Below, one piece after another: positions 42,841 to 53,402 of a stretch of 64,000 nucleotides of DNA (position 1 is the stretch's first letter; each line of letters starts with the position of its first letter). The stretch is from contig CAWIAD010000002.1 in assembly GCA_963833985.1 (NCBI GenBank), positions 3,776,001 to 3,840,000 on the forward strand. Direction: 5' to 3'. A program made the translations under genes and the position numbers. The notes beneath the pieces were generated by a model. The model was not told the DNA's origin, ran no database searches, and saw only the letters and a program-made list of their open reading frames with translations. Origin of the DNA: an uncultured Planctomycetaceae bacterium (lineage in GTDB: Bacteria; Planctomycetota; Planctomycetia; Isosphaerales; Isosphaeraceae).

Positions 42841-44151
42841 TTACGGCAGCGAAGGCTCGGGCCTGGCTTGCTCGGGCTGCGGCGATTTCTTGACCAGCTC
42901 GAGTGCCTTGTCGATCAGGATCTCGCCGGTCATCTCGCCCAGGGATGTACGGGAGATGTAGTCGTAGCGGGGGAAGCTCTGAAAGTCGACCTTCGTCAGG
43001 ATGTAGCCGAATGCGTCGTTGGTCAGGCCGAACAGAAAGTTCGGTTCACCGCGCATCTTCCGCTTGAGATAAAAGCCGATGTTGGGCAGGGCCTCACCGG
43101 GAATGGTGAGGATCTGAGCGCTGCCCACGTTCACCAGGTTGATCCGGGTCGTGATCGAGCGGTCGTGGTTGTACGGATACTTGAGTGGCGAGCCCGTCAC
43201 CACGGCCCACATGGCGTCCGACTGGACCGGAAACCGCACCGAGAGGGAGTCGCAGAAGAGGTCAGGGGCCGGCTGGACCGGGGCATCGCGCACGATCCGG
43301 AGGGCCTCGCCGGCCATCAACTTGCCGATCCTCAGGCACTCCTCCCAGGTACGGGCGTCATGCCAGTAGCCGCGCTGGCTGTCCCGGGGTTGGTCGAGCA
43401 TGCGGTTGTCGGCCGTGACCATTCCGCCCTGGGCGCTGTTCATGAACAGGCCCATCCCTCCTTCGCGAGCCTTGATCTCGTCATACAGCGGACCAACCAG
43501 GTCGGGGCTGCAAATGCCGATATCGTTGCCCAGCACTTCGGGATGGACCGCGTAGTTGACCAGTGTGGCAATGGCCTTGCCATCGCGGCCGAGGGCCTGG
43601 ATCACGTTCATCCGCCGGTCGTAGAGATCGGGTGCGTAGTAGTTGTATGCGATCTTCCCCTGCGCCTCGCCGCTGGCGATCCTCAGCGCCGCGGGCTGGA
43701 GGCGGTCGGCAGCCTCGTTGATCGCGGCTGCCGTCAGGTCGCAGACGCGTTGGATGTAATCCAGATCGCCCGTATGTCCGCCCTTGCCATCGGGGAAAGC
43801 GTAGCATTCCGGAGCGCTATGGGTGTGCGTCGAGCCGATCAGGATGTTCGCGGCCGGAATGCGATCCACCTTTTGCCGAACTCGATCGCACAGTACCGAT
43901 GGGAAACCGAGCAGGTCCAGCGAGACGATGGCCACGGAGACGCCCGAGTGGCGCAGCACGAGCGCCCGGGCCGTGAGCTCGCCCCGTGTTTCCGTTGCGG
44001 GCCTGGGCACTCCCATACCTCCCGAAATGGGCAAGAGCGGCCGAGGCGTGATCGACCGCGAGGCTGCACCAACTTCCAGTTCACCGCGAGCGATGGAGGT
44101 GTGAACGCAGGCACAGAGGAATAGGCAAGCCACGGGAAGTCTTAGTAACAT
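42841..44151 (-). CDS. Neutral/alkaline ceramidase-like amidohydrolase, exported
   Basis: LEVGAA..ITP, LTARALVL, STHTHSAP, NYAVHP and TIPGE motifs. Signal peptide. Confidence 0.75.
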   Translation of the reverse strand: MLLRLPVACLFLCACVHTSIARGELEVGAASRSITPRPLLPISGGMGVPRPATETRGELTARALVLRHSGVSVAIVSLDLLGFPSVLCDRVRQKVDRIPAANILIGSTHTHSAPECYAFPDGKGGHTGDLDYIQRVCDLTAAAINEAADRLQPAALRIASGEAQGKIAYNYYAPDLYDRRMNVIQALGRDGKAIATLVNYAVHPEVLGNDIGICSPDLVGPLYDEIKAREGGMGLFMNSAQGGMVTADNRMLDQPRDSQRGYWHDARTWEECLRIGKLMAGEALRIVRDAPVQPAPDLFCDSLSVRFPVQSDAMWAVVTGSPLKYPYNHDRSITTRINLVNVGSAQILTIPGEALPNIGFYLKRKMRGEPNFLFGLTNDAFGYILTKVDFQSFPRYDYISRTSLGEMTGEILIDKALELVKKSPQPEQARPEPSLP

Positions 44152-44237
44152 CGGTAGAGGCTCCGAGATGTAGAAAGCCGGATTGGCCGACCATCTTACG
44201 AGCTCGAACGTCGGCTGCCACGGGGAGAAACGAAAAA

Positions 44238-46610
44238 ATGGCCAGTCCCGGGGGAAGTCGGCACCCTGAGCCGGCTGGCCAAGAATCCGCGGAGACGAAG
44301 AGCGTCGCACAGCGGCTCTGCGTGCTGGGGCGGGTGCAGGGCGTGGGCTTCCGCCCGTTCGTGGTGCGGCTGGCGGCGGGTCTGAGGCTGGGCGGCTGGG
44401 TCAAGAATACGCCCGACGGAGTGGTGATTCATATCGAGGGGCCCGAGGTCCCACTTGCCGACTTTCGACGGCGGCTGACCGGCGAGCTGCCGCCTGCCGC
44501 CGAGGTCCTGTCGGTCACGGTCGAGGACACACTTCCCGAAGGCCATCGCGGCTTCGCCATCCGCCGGAGCGACGAGATTGGCTCCGCCGGCAAGCCCGGC
44601 GCCGGAGCCTTACTCCGAGTGCTCATCACGCCCGACCTGGCGGCCTGCCCGGCCTGCCTGGCGGAGTTCCACTCCGCAGAGGATCGCCGGCATGGCTTTG
44701 CCCTTTCCGGCTGCACCGATTGCGGGCCGAGGTTCAGCATCCAGGTTTCCGCCCCGTTCGACCGCGAGCGGACGACGATGATCGATTTCCTCCTTTGCCC
44801 GGACTGCCAGAAGGAATATGAGGACCCCGCCGACCGACGATTTCACGCACAGAATACCTCCTGCCCGCGGTGCGGCCCACGCATCTGGCTGGAGCCCGGC
44901 GGCGCTCCACACTCCTTGCCGCAGCCGGCTCCTGAACCAGCCGACACGTCGGATTTCCCGGTGCTGGAGCAAGCCGCGCGGCAATTGCGTGAGGGAAAGA
45001 TCCTGGCCGTCAAGGGAATTGGCGGCTTTCACCTGCTCTGCGACGCGACGTCGGAACAGGCCGTCACCCTGCTCCGCGAGCGTAAGCGGCGCGATCGTAA
45101 GCCCCTGGCGGTGCTGTTTGGAAATCTCGAGGAGATCGGTGCACACGCCGAGGTCGACGAGGCCGCGCGCGCCGCGCTGCTGAGCGCGGAGGCGCCCATT
45201 GTGCTGCTCAGCGCCGGGCCGATTCGACCCTGGCGTCCGGCGTGGCACCCGGGCTGGCCAGCGTCGGCGTCTTCATTGCCTACACGCCACTGCACCGGGC
45301 CCTGGTGCAGATGGTCGGCCGGCCGCTGGTGGCGACGAGCGGAAACCCGAGCGACGAACCGATGCCGACCGAGAACGCCGCGGCGCGTGCCGAGCTCGGA
45401 CATATCGCGGATGCGTTCGTCCTCCACAACCGCCGGATTCTCCGCCATGCCGATGACTGCCTGGTGCGGATCATCGCCGGGCGGCCGGTGCCGATCCGGG
45501 TCGGCCGTGGGCTGGCCCCGGTGCGCATCGAGCTACCGTTCGAGCCCCCCGCACTGCTTGCCACCGGGGGCCACTTGAAGGCAGCGATTGCCTTCACGCG
45601 CGGCCGCGAGCTTTTTCTGGGACAGCATATCGGTGATCTCGATACGCCCGGCGCGGAATCGCTATGTCGAGAACGTCGCCGACCTGACCGCGCTCTTCGG
45701 AGTGGCCCCCGCGTTCATCGTGCACGACGCCCACCCCGACTATTTCACGACCCGATATGCCAGCGAGCAGCCACTGCCTGCCGTGACCATCCAGCATCAC
45801 CACGCCCATATCATGGCCTGCCTGGCCGAGTACGGTGCGCACGGCCCGGCGCTGGGGATTGCATGGGACGGCACGGGCTACGGAAGCGACGGATCGATCT
45901 GGGGCGGAGAATTCCTGAAAGTGGACGGAGCCCGGTTCCAGCGGGTGGGATCAATCTGGCCGTTCTCGCTGGTGGGCGGGGACCGGGCCGCCCGCGAGCC
46001 GAGGCGGTGTGCCGCCGGCGTCTGTTTCGCCGCCGGCGAACCGTTCCCCGAGAACCAGGGGTTTTCCACCGCCGAGCAGGCGCTGCTGACCTCCGCTCTG
46101 CGTTCGCCGCGGGCCAGTTCGGTGACAACCAGCGCAGGCCGGCTCTTCGACGCCTGGGCTTCGCTGCTCGGCATCGCCCAGCGCTCGGCCTACGAGGCAG
46201 AGGCCGCCATGCGATTTGAGGACCTGGCCGACCCGTCGGAGCAGGGAGCCTTTGACAACATCGCTGTCCAGCATGCCGGTTCCGATGCCGGCTTGCCCTA
46301 TCGCCTGGACTGGCGACCCTGGGTGTCTGAAACCCGGCAGAGACTGGCTGCGGGGCACACGGCGTCGAGTATTGCCGCCTATTTCCACAACTCCCTGGCG
46401 ATCGGGTGTCTCGAGATCGCGCGTCGCGTGGGGCTGGAGACTGTCGCGCTGGGGGGTGGCTGCTTTCAGAACCGGCTGCTGAGCGAGCGGGTGGCCGGCA
46501 TGCTGCAAGCCGACGGATTTCGTGTACTCGCGCCGCACCGGGTGCCCCCGGGTGATGGCGGTCTGGCCGTTGGCCAGGTCTGGGCAGCGGCGCTGCAACT
46601 CATGCAATGA
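44238..46610 (+). CDS. hypF: Carbamoyltransferase HypF (frameshifts near 45210 and 45655)
   Basis: Acylphosphatase domain GRVQGVGFRPFV, Zn fingers CPAC/CTDC/CPDC/CPRC, RRFHAQ, KGIGGFHL, ATSGN, QHIGDL, HDAHPDY, QHHHAH, DGTGYG, TTSAGRLFD and PPGDGGLAVGQ. Confidence 0.92.
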
Positions 46611-46642
46611 TCAGTGATGAATTCCATGGAGCGAATCTGTTC

Positions 46643-47701
46643 ATGTCCGATACAGAAGTCCGGTCACGTGGCCTCGCCCGGTCGATCACTCCGCAATCCG
46701 GCAAGCGAATCTTGCTCTCTCACGGGGGTGGCGGCAAGATGTCGCGCCGGTTGATCCAGGAGGTGTTTCACAAGCACTTCCGCAGCAAGGAGCTGGCTCG
46801 CGAGCACGACGGCGCGTACCTGGACTTGCAGACACAAAAGCTTGCGTTCACGACCGACGGGTTCGTGGTGAGCCCGCCGTTCTTTCCCGGCGGCAACATC
46901 GGCTCGCTGGCCGTGCACGGCACCGTGAACGACCTGGCCGCCTGCGGTGCCAGGCCGCGATGGATGTCGGCCGCGTTCATCCTGGAGGAAGGGTTCCCGC
47001 TGGCCGACCTGGAACGGATCGTCGAGGCGATGAGCAAAGCGGCCGAGGAAGCGGACATCGAACTGGTCACCGGCGACACGAAGGTGGTGGAGCATGGCAA
47101 GGGAGACGGCATCTACATCACGGCCAGCGGAGTCGGGCTGATGATGACGGACCCGCCCCCGGACCCGCGCGCCGTCAAGCCGGGAGATGCCGTCATCGTG
47201 AGCGGGCCGATCGGCCTGCACGGCATGACCATCATGGCCCTGCGCGAAGGCCTTGACCACGAACCCGACCTCATGAGCGACTCGGCCGCTCTGGGAGACC
47301 TGGTGGCCACCGTGTATCGTGCCGGTATACGTCCGCGCTGCCTGCGGGACGCGACCCGGGGCGGAGTGGGTGCCACCCTCAGCGAGATCGCGGAGGCGGC
47401 CGGCGCAGGCATTCTGCTGGAAGAAGCGGCGATCCCCGTTCCGGAATCGGTCCGTAAAGTCTGCGAAATCCTTGGCCTCGACCCTCTGCTGGTCGCCAAC
47501 GAAGGAAAGATGCTCTTCCTGGTTGCTCCGGAAGATGAGCAGGCCACACTCAAGTCGCTGCGGGCGCACCCGCTCGGTCGCGAGGCCGCCACGATCGGCC
47601 GGGTCCAGGCGGAAGCCGCGGGCTCCGTTCTGGTACGGACGCCAGACCGCACTTTCGTGCTCGATGTGCCCATCGGCGAGGAAATGCCGAGAATCTGCTG
47701 A
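46643..47701 (+). CDS. hypE: Carbamoyl dehydratase HypE
   Basis: LSHGGGG, FTTDGFVV.P.FFPGGNIG, GTVNDLA, GDTKVV, RDATRGG, ANEGK and the terminal PRIC. Confidence 0.95.
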   Translation: MSDTEVRSRGLARSITPQSGKRILLSHGGGGKMSRRLIQEVFHKHFRSKELAREHDGAYLDLQTQKLAFTTDGFVVSPPFFPGGNIGSLAVHGTVNDLAACGARPRWMSAAFILEEGFPLADLERIVEAMSKAAEEADIELVTGDTKVVEHGKGDGIYITASGVGLMMTDPPPDPRAVKPGDAVIVSGPIGLHGMTIMALREGLDHEPDLMSDSAALGDLVATVYRAGIRPRCLRDATRGGVGATLSEIAEAAGAGILLEEAAIPVPESVRKVCEILGLDPLLVANEGKMLFLVAPEDEQATLKSLRAHPLGREAATIGRVQAEAAGSVLVRTPDRTFVLDVPIGEEMPRIC

Positions 47702-47866
47702 AAGCGTGCGTGCAGGCGCCCCAGCTCACACCTGCTTCAGTATCTCTGTTCGTTCGGGCGATACTTCCGCGGAGGCCGAGGGTTCAATCTTCTGAGCAGT
47801 TCCTTGCTGGATCCAGCGCAGCGCATTGACTGGAGCAGCCAGCCCCCGGTGCGAGGGAGAATAACG

Positions 47867-48964
47867 ATGCGCATGGAGATGCATGTAGCCATCTTGGTCG
47901 TCATACTGACCACTACGGCGCTGGCGGGACCAGGCAAAGGGGGCGGGCACGCTGGCAGAGGGGGTGGAGGCGGTCATGCCGGCGGCGGAGGCCATGCCGG
48001 CGGCGGGGGCCATGCCGGCAGTGCAAGCCATGCGGGAAGGGGTGGAGGTGGCGGGCACACAGGCAGCTCGCATGCCGCCGTGACGCCCCGGGTTCATGCA
48101 CCCAGCCCGCCGCGCGCTCATGTGTCAGGGTCGACTGGAACACAACGGGCTTCGGCCCTTGCCAGTCCGCGAGCCGCCACACCCTTCGCGACCCGGGGCG
48201 CGAGCGGGTCGTCGCTTCACCCATCACAGATCACTATACCGAACCAGGGAGGCGGCACCAGCCAGAAACCAGGTTCTGCGCTGGCGAGCCGTCCCGCGAC
48301 GGTTGCGACCACACCGGCCGCGAACGCTTCGGCCGCGAACGCTTCGACTTCCGCAGCGCCGGCGGCCAGCGCCGGCACGCCGTCTGCCATCAGCGCGGCC
48401 GGCACATCTCCTCTGATGCTTTACGGTTCGCTCATGCCGTTTGCGAACCAGTCCGGGCTGGCAATCCATCACGGCTACCATAACTACAGGAACTCCTACG
48501 GCTCCAGGTCCGCCTACCGCGGCTACGGCTACCGCGGTTCTGCCAGGGTGTCGAACCGGATGAGCCGCCTGTCCAGGCTGGTGCGCGATCTGAACACGCT
48601 GACGGTCGGCTACGCCGCGCCGCCGAACGATCGGAACATCCTGCGCAACGACCTCATGGCGGTGACCCAGCGCGGCATGCGGCCCCCCTCCAGCGCGGTC
48701 AGCCAGCTCTCTCAGCATCTCATCAACTACCTGCCGCAGCGCCGAACGCCGCTCCTGAACACCGAGCGGCTGGCTCTCGACATGGAAACGATCATGAACG
48801 GCGGCCGGCTCAATCCGGCCCAGGTGAACCGGGCCGTCAATTCCGCCTACTCCACGCTGCGTGCCTCGGGGCTGCATCAACAGGGATTGCAAGCCGTGAC
48901 CTCGGCCATGCGGAGCGTCGGTTTCTCGGGCCTGGCGGCGAACCAGGCAGGCTTCGTGCGATGA
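47867..48964 (+). CDS. Exported Gly/Ala/Ser-rich hypothetical protein
   Basis: Signal peptide, GGGGHA repeats, a Tyr/Arg-rich patch and a helical C-terminal domain. RBS GGAG upstream. Confidence 0.7.
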   Translation: MRMEMHVAILVVILTTTALAGPGKGGGHAGRGGGGGHAGGGGHAGGGGHAGSASHAGRGGGGGHTGSSHAAVTPRVHAPSPPRAHVSGSTGTQRASALASPRAATPFATRGASGSSLHPSQITIPNQGGGTSQKPGSALASRPATVATTPAANASAANASTSAAPAASAGTPSAISAAGTSPLMLYGSLMPFANQSGLAIHHGYHNYRNSYGSRSAYRGYGYRGSARVSNRMSRLSRLVRDLNTLTVGYAAPPNDRNILRNDLMAVTQRGMRPPSSAVSQLSQHLINYLPQRRTPLLNTERLALDMETIMNGGRLNPAQVNRAVNSAYSTLRASGLHQQGLQAVTSAMRSVGFSGLAANQAGFVR

Positions 48965-48974
48965 AACACAATGA

Positions 48975-50344
48975 TCAGTTCCGGCTCAGAAGTGCCGCTG
49001 TCTCCCCCGCCAGCCAGCCGCTGCTCCAGGCGCCTGGAAGTTGTAACCGCCGATCAGACCATCGAGATCCAAAATCTCTCCGGCGAAGTGCAATCCAGGC
49101 ACGATCCGGCTCTCCAGCGTGCGCGGGTCCACCTCGTCGAGCACCACGCCTCCACTCGTCACCTCGGCTTTTTCGAAGCCGAGCGTGCCCCGGATCGGCA
49201 GCACGACGCCCTTCAAGGTGGAGATCAGGCGCATGCGCTCGATACGGGACAGATCCGGACCGATGCGGCCCCGAGGCACGTCGGCGACCTCCATCAAGCA
49301 TTCCGCCAGGCGATGCGGCAGCATCGAGGAAAGGACGGATACGACGGCCGGGCGGCCCTGGCGACACGCGGCCTGAAGCTGACCGTCGACCTGCTCACGT
49401 GAATTGCCGGGCAGGAGGTCGAGCCGGAGCTCGAGCGTCTCCGGCTGCTCGTGGCGTGCCACCGCACGGCTGACATCCAGGATTGCCGGACCGCTCAGGC
49501 CGAAATGGGCAAAGAGAATCGCCTCCCTGCGCTGTTGCAGAGCCTGGGCCTCGCGGCTCGGACCGTCTTTCGCCTGCACCGTGGCCACCACGTCCTGGAG
49601 ACTCAGGCCCCGCAGCGAGGAGACCCACTCAGGGACGACCCGGATCGGCACCAGTGCAGGACGGGTCGTTGCGATCGTGTGGCCAAACGAGCCGGCGAGC
49701 GCATAGCCGTCGCCCGTCGTTCCACAACCAGGGTAGGAACTGCCGCCCACCGCCAGGATCACCCGGCGTGCGGTGACGGTTCCGTCGTCCAGGCGGATCG
49801 CGAATGCGGGAGCCGAAGCAGGATCCTCGGTTCGCATATGCTCGATGGCCAGGACGGGGCTCCGGCCGCGAAACCTGGCTCCGCTCCGATCGAGCCTGCG
49901 GAGGAGGGCCTCCAGGACGTCCACAGCACGGTCGGAGGCCGGGAAAACCTTGCCGTTGGCTTCGATCTTGGAGGTCACCCCCTCGGCCTGGAACATCCGG
50001 ACCGTCTGGTCAACGTCCAGGCGCCGCAGCGCTGGGCCCAGGAACGGGCCGCCCGTTCCGAAGGCCGCCTGGATTGCCGGGATGCCCCGGCACCATTCCG
50101 GGTTGAACGCCGGGTCGACCGGCCCCGATACGGCGTCCAGCCGGCGCAGGCCGCGGGCATTGGTGATGTTGCACCGGGTTCCCCCCGAAATCAGGATCTT
50201 CACGCCCGCACGGCGGTTCTTCTCGAGCAGGAGCACCCGCGCGCCCAGCTCCGCCGCCCGGATCGCCGCAAAGAGCCCGGCTGCGCCCGCCCCCAGCACG
50301 GCGACGTCGTACTCCAGAAGATCGCTGATCCCCGCATCTGCCAT
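48975..50344 (-). CDS. HI0933/BaiN-family flavoprotein oxidoreductase (frameshift near the 3' end)
   Basis: GAGAAGL, KILISGGTRCNITN, GGSSYPGCGTTGDGY, HFGLSGP, AEVTSGGV, GEILD.DG.IGGYNFQ. The WSSGWLAG ending lies in another frame. Confidence 0.9.
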
Positions 50345-50463
50345 TGTCCATCCTCCCCGTCCAGCGATGATACCGCGGGGACGGATGGCGCGTCAGTTCT
50401 CGCGGGCTCCGCCGGGTGCACTGCCCGGCCAATCGAGGCAATGCACAAGGCATGCGCTACAGG

Positions 50464-51789
50464 TCACATGACGGTGAAGTAATTGCCCACGGCGAAATCA
50501 AAGTACTCGGGCTTGAGCACCAGAGGGAGGTCATTATAAATGCAGAAATTCCGCACCTGGAGCAAGAGGTCGCGTGGCTGGCAGCACCGGAACGGGCGTT
50601 TGCTCCGCTTGTAATGGCGTTCCAGCAAGTAATCGACGGCCTCCTGGTCAACCTCGTCGAAGCCGAGCTTGGGCGCGAACATCTCGATCATCTGGCGGAA
50701 TTCCGCTTCGGATGGATCCGCCGCGTGGATCTTGTAAGGGATGCGCCGCAGGAACGCCTCGTCGACCAGTTGCTTGGGCTCGAGATTCGTGGAGAAGATG
50801 ATGAGCTGGTCGAACGGCACCCGGACCTTCTTGCCGTTGGCGAGGTTGAGGAAATCGTAGCGCTTTTCCAGGGGGACGATCCAGCGGTTGAGCAATTCCA
50901 CGGGCTGCATCCGCTGGCGGCCGAAGTCGTCAATCAGGAAGCTGCCCAGGTTGCTTTTCAGTTGCAAGGGGGCCTCGCTCACCTTGGTCACCGGATCGTA
51001 GCGGATTTCCAGGTCGTCCATCCGCAGCTCGCCGCCGGCGACAATCGTGGGCCGCTTGATATGCACCCAGCGGCGGTCGTGCTCGTTGCAGTCGAGCAGG
51101 CCGCTGGAGCCGGAATCCTCGATCGGCTCATGATTGGCCATGTCGAAGAGCTTGATGAGCTGGCCCTCGATGCAGAGCACCCGGGGAATCCAGACACTGG
51201 TGCCGAAACAGCGGGTGATCCGCTCGGCGATGCTGGTCTTTCCGTTGCCCGGAAAGCCGTACAGGAACAGTCCGCGGCCGGAGTTGATCGCCGGGCCGAG
51301 CATGTCGAAGGTACGCTCGGAAATGAGCAGGTCCGCGAAGGCCCTGCGCAGGTCCTCTTCTTTCGGATGCTCGGTGGCGATCGTCTGGGCGGCGATCGAG
51401 TCCAGGTAGTCCTCGAACGGGACCGGTGCGGTGCCGACGTAGGTGCACTCCTCGAGGTAGGTTTTCGCCCGGGCCCTGCCGTGGTCGGTCAGGGAGTAGA
51501 CGAAGTCGCTGGCTGTCCCGGCGCTCGTGTAGTTGACGATCTGCTGGTTCTTGAGCTGGCGCAGAAACTCCGGGAAGGGGCCGAATGGCAGCCCCAGCTC
51601 GGAGGAGATGCGCCGGCCCGACGCCGTGCCCAGGTTCATGAGGAATTTCAGGACCAGGCTCTCGACCATGGCGTGGCTCAGGCCCGCTTCCTCGAAGGTG
51701 TTGACAACCCGGGGATAGAACGACGGGCGGTCATCCCTTTCTCCAAGATCCAGCAGCGGAGGTAGTACCGACGGGGCAGACAAGCTCAC
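50464..51789 (-). CDS. AAA-family ATPase
   Basis: Walker A GFPGNGKT, Walker B FLIDDFGRQ, FSTN and DEAFLRRI motifs. GTG start inferred. Confidence 0.85.
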   Translation of the reverse strand: MSLSAPSVLPPLLDLGERDDRPSFYPRVVNTFEEAGLSHAMVESLVLKFLMNLGTASGRRISSELGLPFGPFPEFLRQLKNQQIVNYTSAGTASDFVYSLTDHGRARAKTYLEECTYVGTAPVPFEDYLDSIAAQTIATEHPKEEDLRRAFADLLISERTFDMLGPAINSGRGLFLYGFPGNGKTSIAERITRCFGTSVWIPRVLCIEGQLIKLFDMANHEPIEDSGSSGLLDCNEHDRRWVHIKRPTIVAGGELRMDDLEIRYDPVTKVSEAPLQLKSNLGSFLIDDFGRQRMQPVELLNRWIVPLEKRYDFLNLANGKKVRVPFDQLIIFSTNLEPKQLVDEAFLRRIPYKIHAADPSEAEFRQMIEMFAPKLGFDEVDQEAVDYLLERHYKRSKRPFRCCQPRDLLLQVRNFCIYNDLPLVLKPEYFDFAVGNYFTVM

Positions 51790-51890
51790 GGCGCAGCACT
51801 CCCAGGGATCCCGACGTCCTCCGTAGCACCGCGACCGGTGCACCCGCGGAAAGACGACGCGCTCAACCCTATGCCGCCGGAATCGTCGGG

Positions 51891-52409
51891 TCAAACCGCG
51901 CCGCGGCTCGGTGTTTCGCCAGGCCCCCGCGCCAGGTGATCGGCGAGATCCGCCCCGTCAGCGGCTGCCGGAAACGAGATCTCAACGTGGCGGCTGCACG
52001 GACCGGAAGGTTCGATCGTCAGGGACCAGGTGTCAGCCGGAAGCAGTGGCTGCACCCGGTCTGCCCACTCGATGAGGCAGACACCGCCGGCGTTCCAGTA
52101 ATCGCACACGCCCAGGTCGTCGAACTCCTGCGCGGACCGCAGCCGGTAGACATCGAAATGATACACCGGCATCCGCCCCTGATATTCATGGATCAAAACG
52201 AAGGTCGGACTGGCGATGGCGGCCGGATCGACTCCTAGCGATTCGGCAAGGGCCCGCACCAGCCGGGTCTTGCCTGCACCCAGCGGACCGGCCAGTCCAA
52301 TCACGCAACCCGGCTTGCACATGCGGGCCAGCGCAGCTCCCAGTTCCTCCGTTTCCTGCTCGGAGTGCAGATCGACGGACAGGACGCGACCGGTGCGGCT
52401 GACCTTCAT
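51891..52409 (-). CDS. tsaE: tRNA threonylcarbamoyladenosine biosynthesis ATPase TsaE
   Basis: GPLGAGKT, SPTFVL, YHFDVYRL and LIEWA motifs. Its ATG overlaps the thiL stop. Confidence 0.92.
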   Translation of the reverse strand: MKVSRTGRVLSVDLHSEQETEELGAALARMCKPGCVIGLAGPLGAGKTRLVRALAESLGVDPAAIASPTFVLIHEYQGRMPVYHFDVYRLRSAQEFDDLGVCDYWNAGGVCLIEWADRVQPLLPADTWSLTIEPSGPCSRHVEISFPAAADGADLADHLARGPGETPSRGAV

Positions 52410-53378
52410 GAGCCTGGTCCCGCGGCATCCCGGAAATGGTTGAACCCGCGCGGCTCCAGCGGGGAAATGCTCCCACCCGCCTGGCGCAGCCGCAGCCCCG
52501 GCTCGGCGGTGATCTCGCCCACGCGGTAGAGCCGGACCTCCGTGGGAGGCGCCGCCAGCAAGGAATCTGCGGCGGCCGGGACCAGGGTGAGGCAAAGCTC
52601 GAAGTCCTCGCCGTCGTGCAGCGCGTGCTCGAAGCGCCGGGATCCCGTCCTCCCGGGCAGCCTGCACCGCGTCGGCATGGATCGGGATGGCAGCCGCGTC
52701 CAGCACCGCTCCCAACCCGCCGCTCTCCGCGAGAATATGGCCCAGGTCGGAGGAGAGGCCATCGGAGATGTCGATCATCGCACCCAGCGGCGCCGCTTGC
52801 AGCAAGGCCAGGGCTTCACGGATACGCGGCTCGGGCCGAAGATGACGGCCCCGGCAGAGACTGCCACCAAGAGGCCCGGTGACCAGGATGACATCGCCGG
52901 GCCGGGCTCCTGACCGGCGTACGGGCCCGGCTGGTGCCGCCTCGCCCAGGACCGCCACGTTGATCACCAGGGGTCCGTCCCACGCATTGGTATCACCGCC
53001 GATGAGGCCGACGTCGAACCGCTCCGCCATCCGCTTCAATCCGGCCAGGAGGCCCTGGCCCACCGGCACCGCGGCGCCGCGCGGCAGGGCCACCGACACC
53101 AGGGCCGCGAGGGGCACGCCGGCCATGGCCGCAATGTCGGAGAGGTTCACGCCCATGGCCTTGTAGCCCACCGCTTCAGCCCCGTCGACGTTCAGCCGGA
53201 AGTGCCGGCCGTCCATGAGCATGTCGGTGGTGGCCAGAAGCTGGCATCCGGGCGGCAGGTCGAGCACTGCGCAGTCGTCGCCGATGCCGACCGCGGTTCT
53301 CCGGCCTTGCCGTCCGGCTTGCTGGCGGCGGATCCAGTCGATCAGTGCAAATTCGCCCTGTGGAGTCGCAGGTCCCAT
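52406..53378 (-). CDS. thiL: Thiamine-monophosphate kinase (frameshift at about 52640)
   Basis: GEFALI, GIGDDCA, VNLSDIAAM, GGDT and IDISDGL. ALHDGEDFELC continues in ORF 52406..52762. Confidence 0.92.
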
Positions 53379-53402
53379 GTTCGCACCGGAGCCAGAGATG
53401 AA

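Noticed and set aside
51891..53378. Apparent 495-aa ThiL-TsaE fusion
   Set aside because: The conserved ThiL C-terminus (GEDFEL) lies in another frame and ends at 52406, overlapping the tsaE ATG. The fusion is a frameshift artefact.
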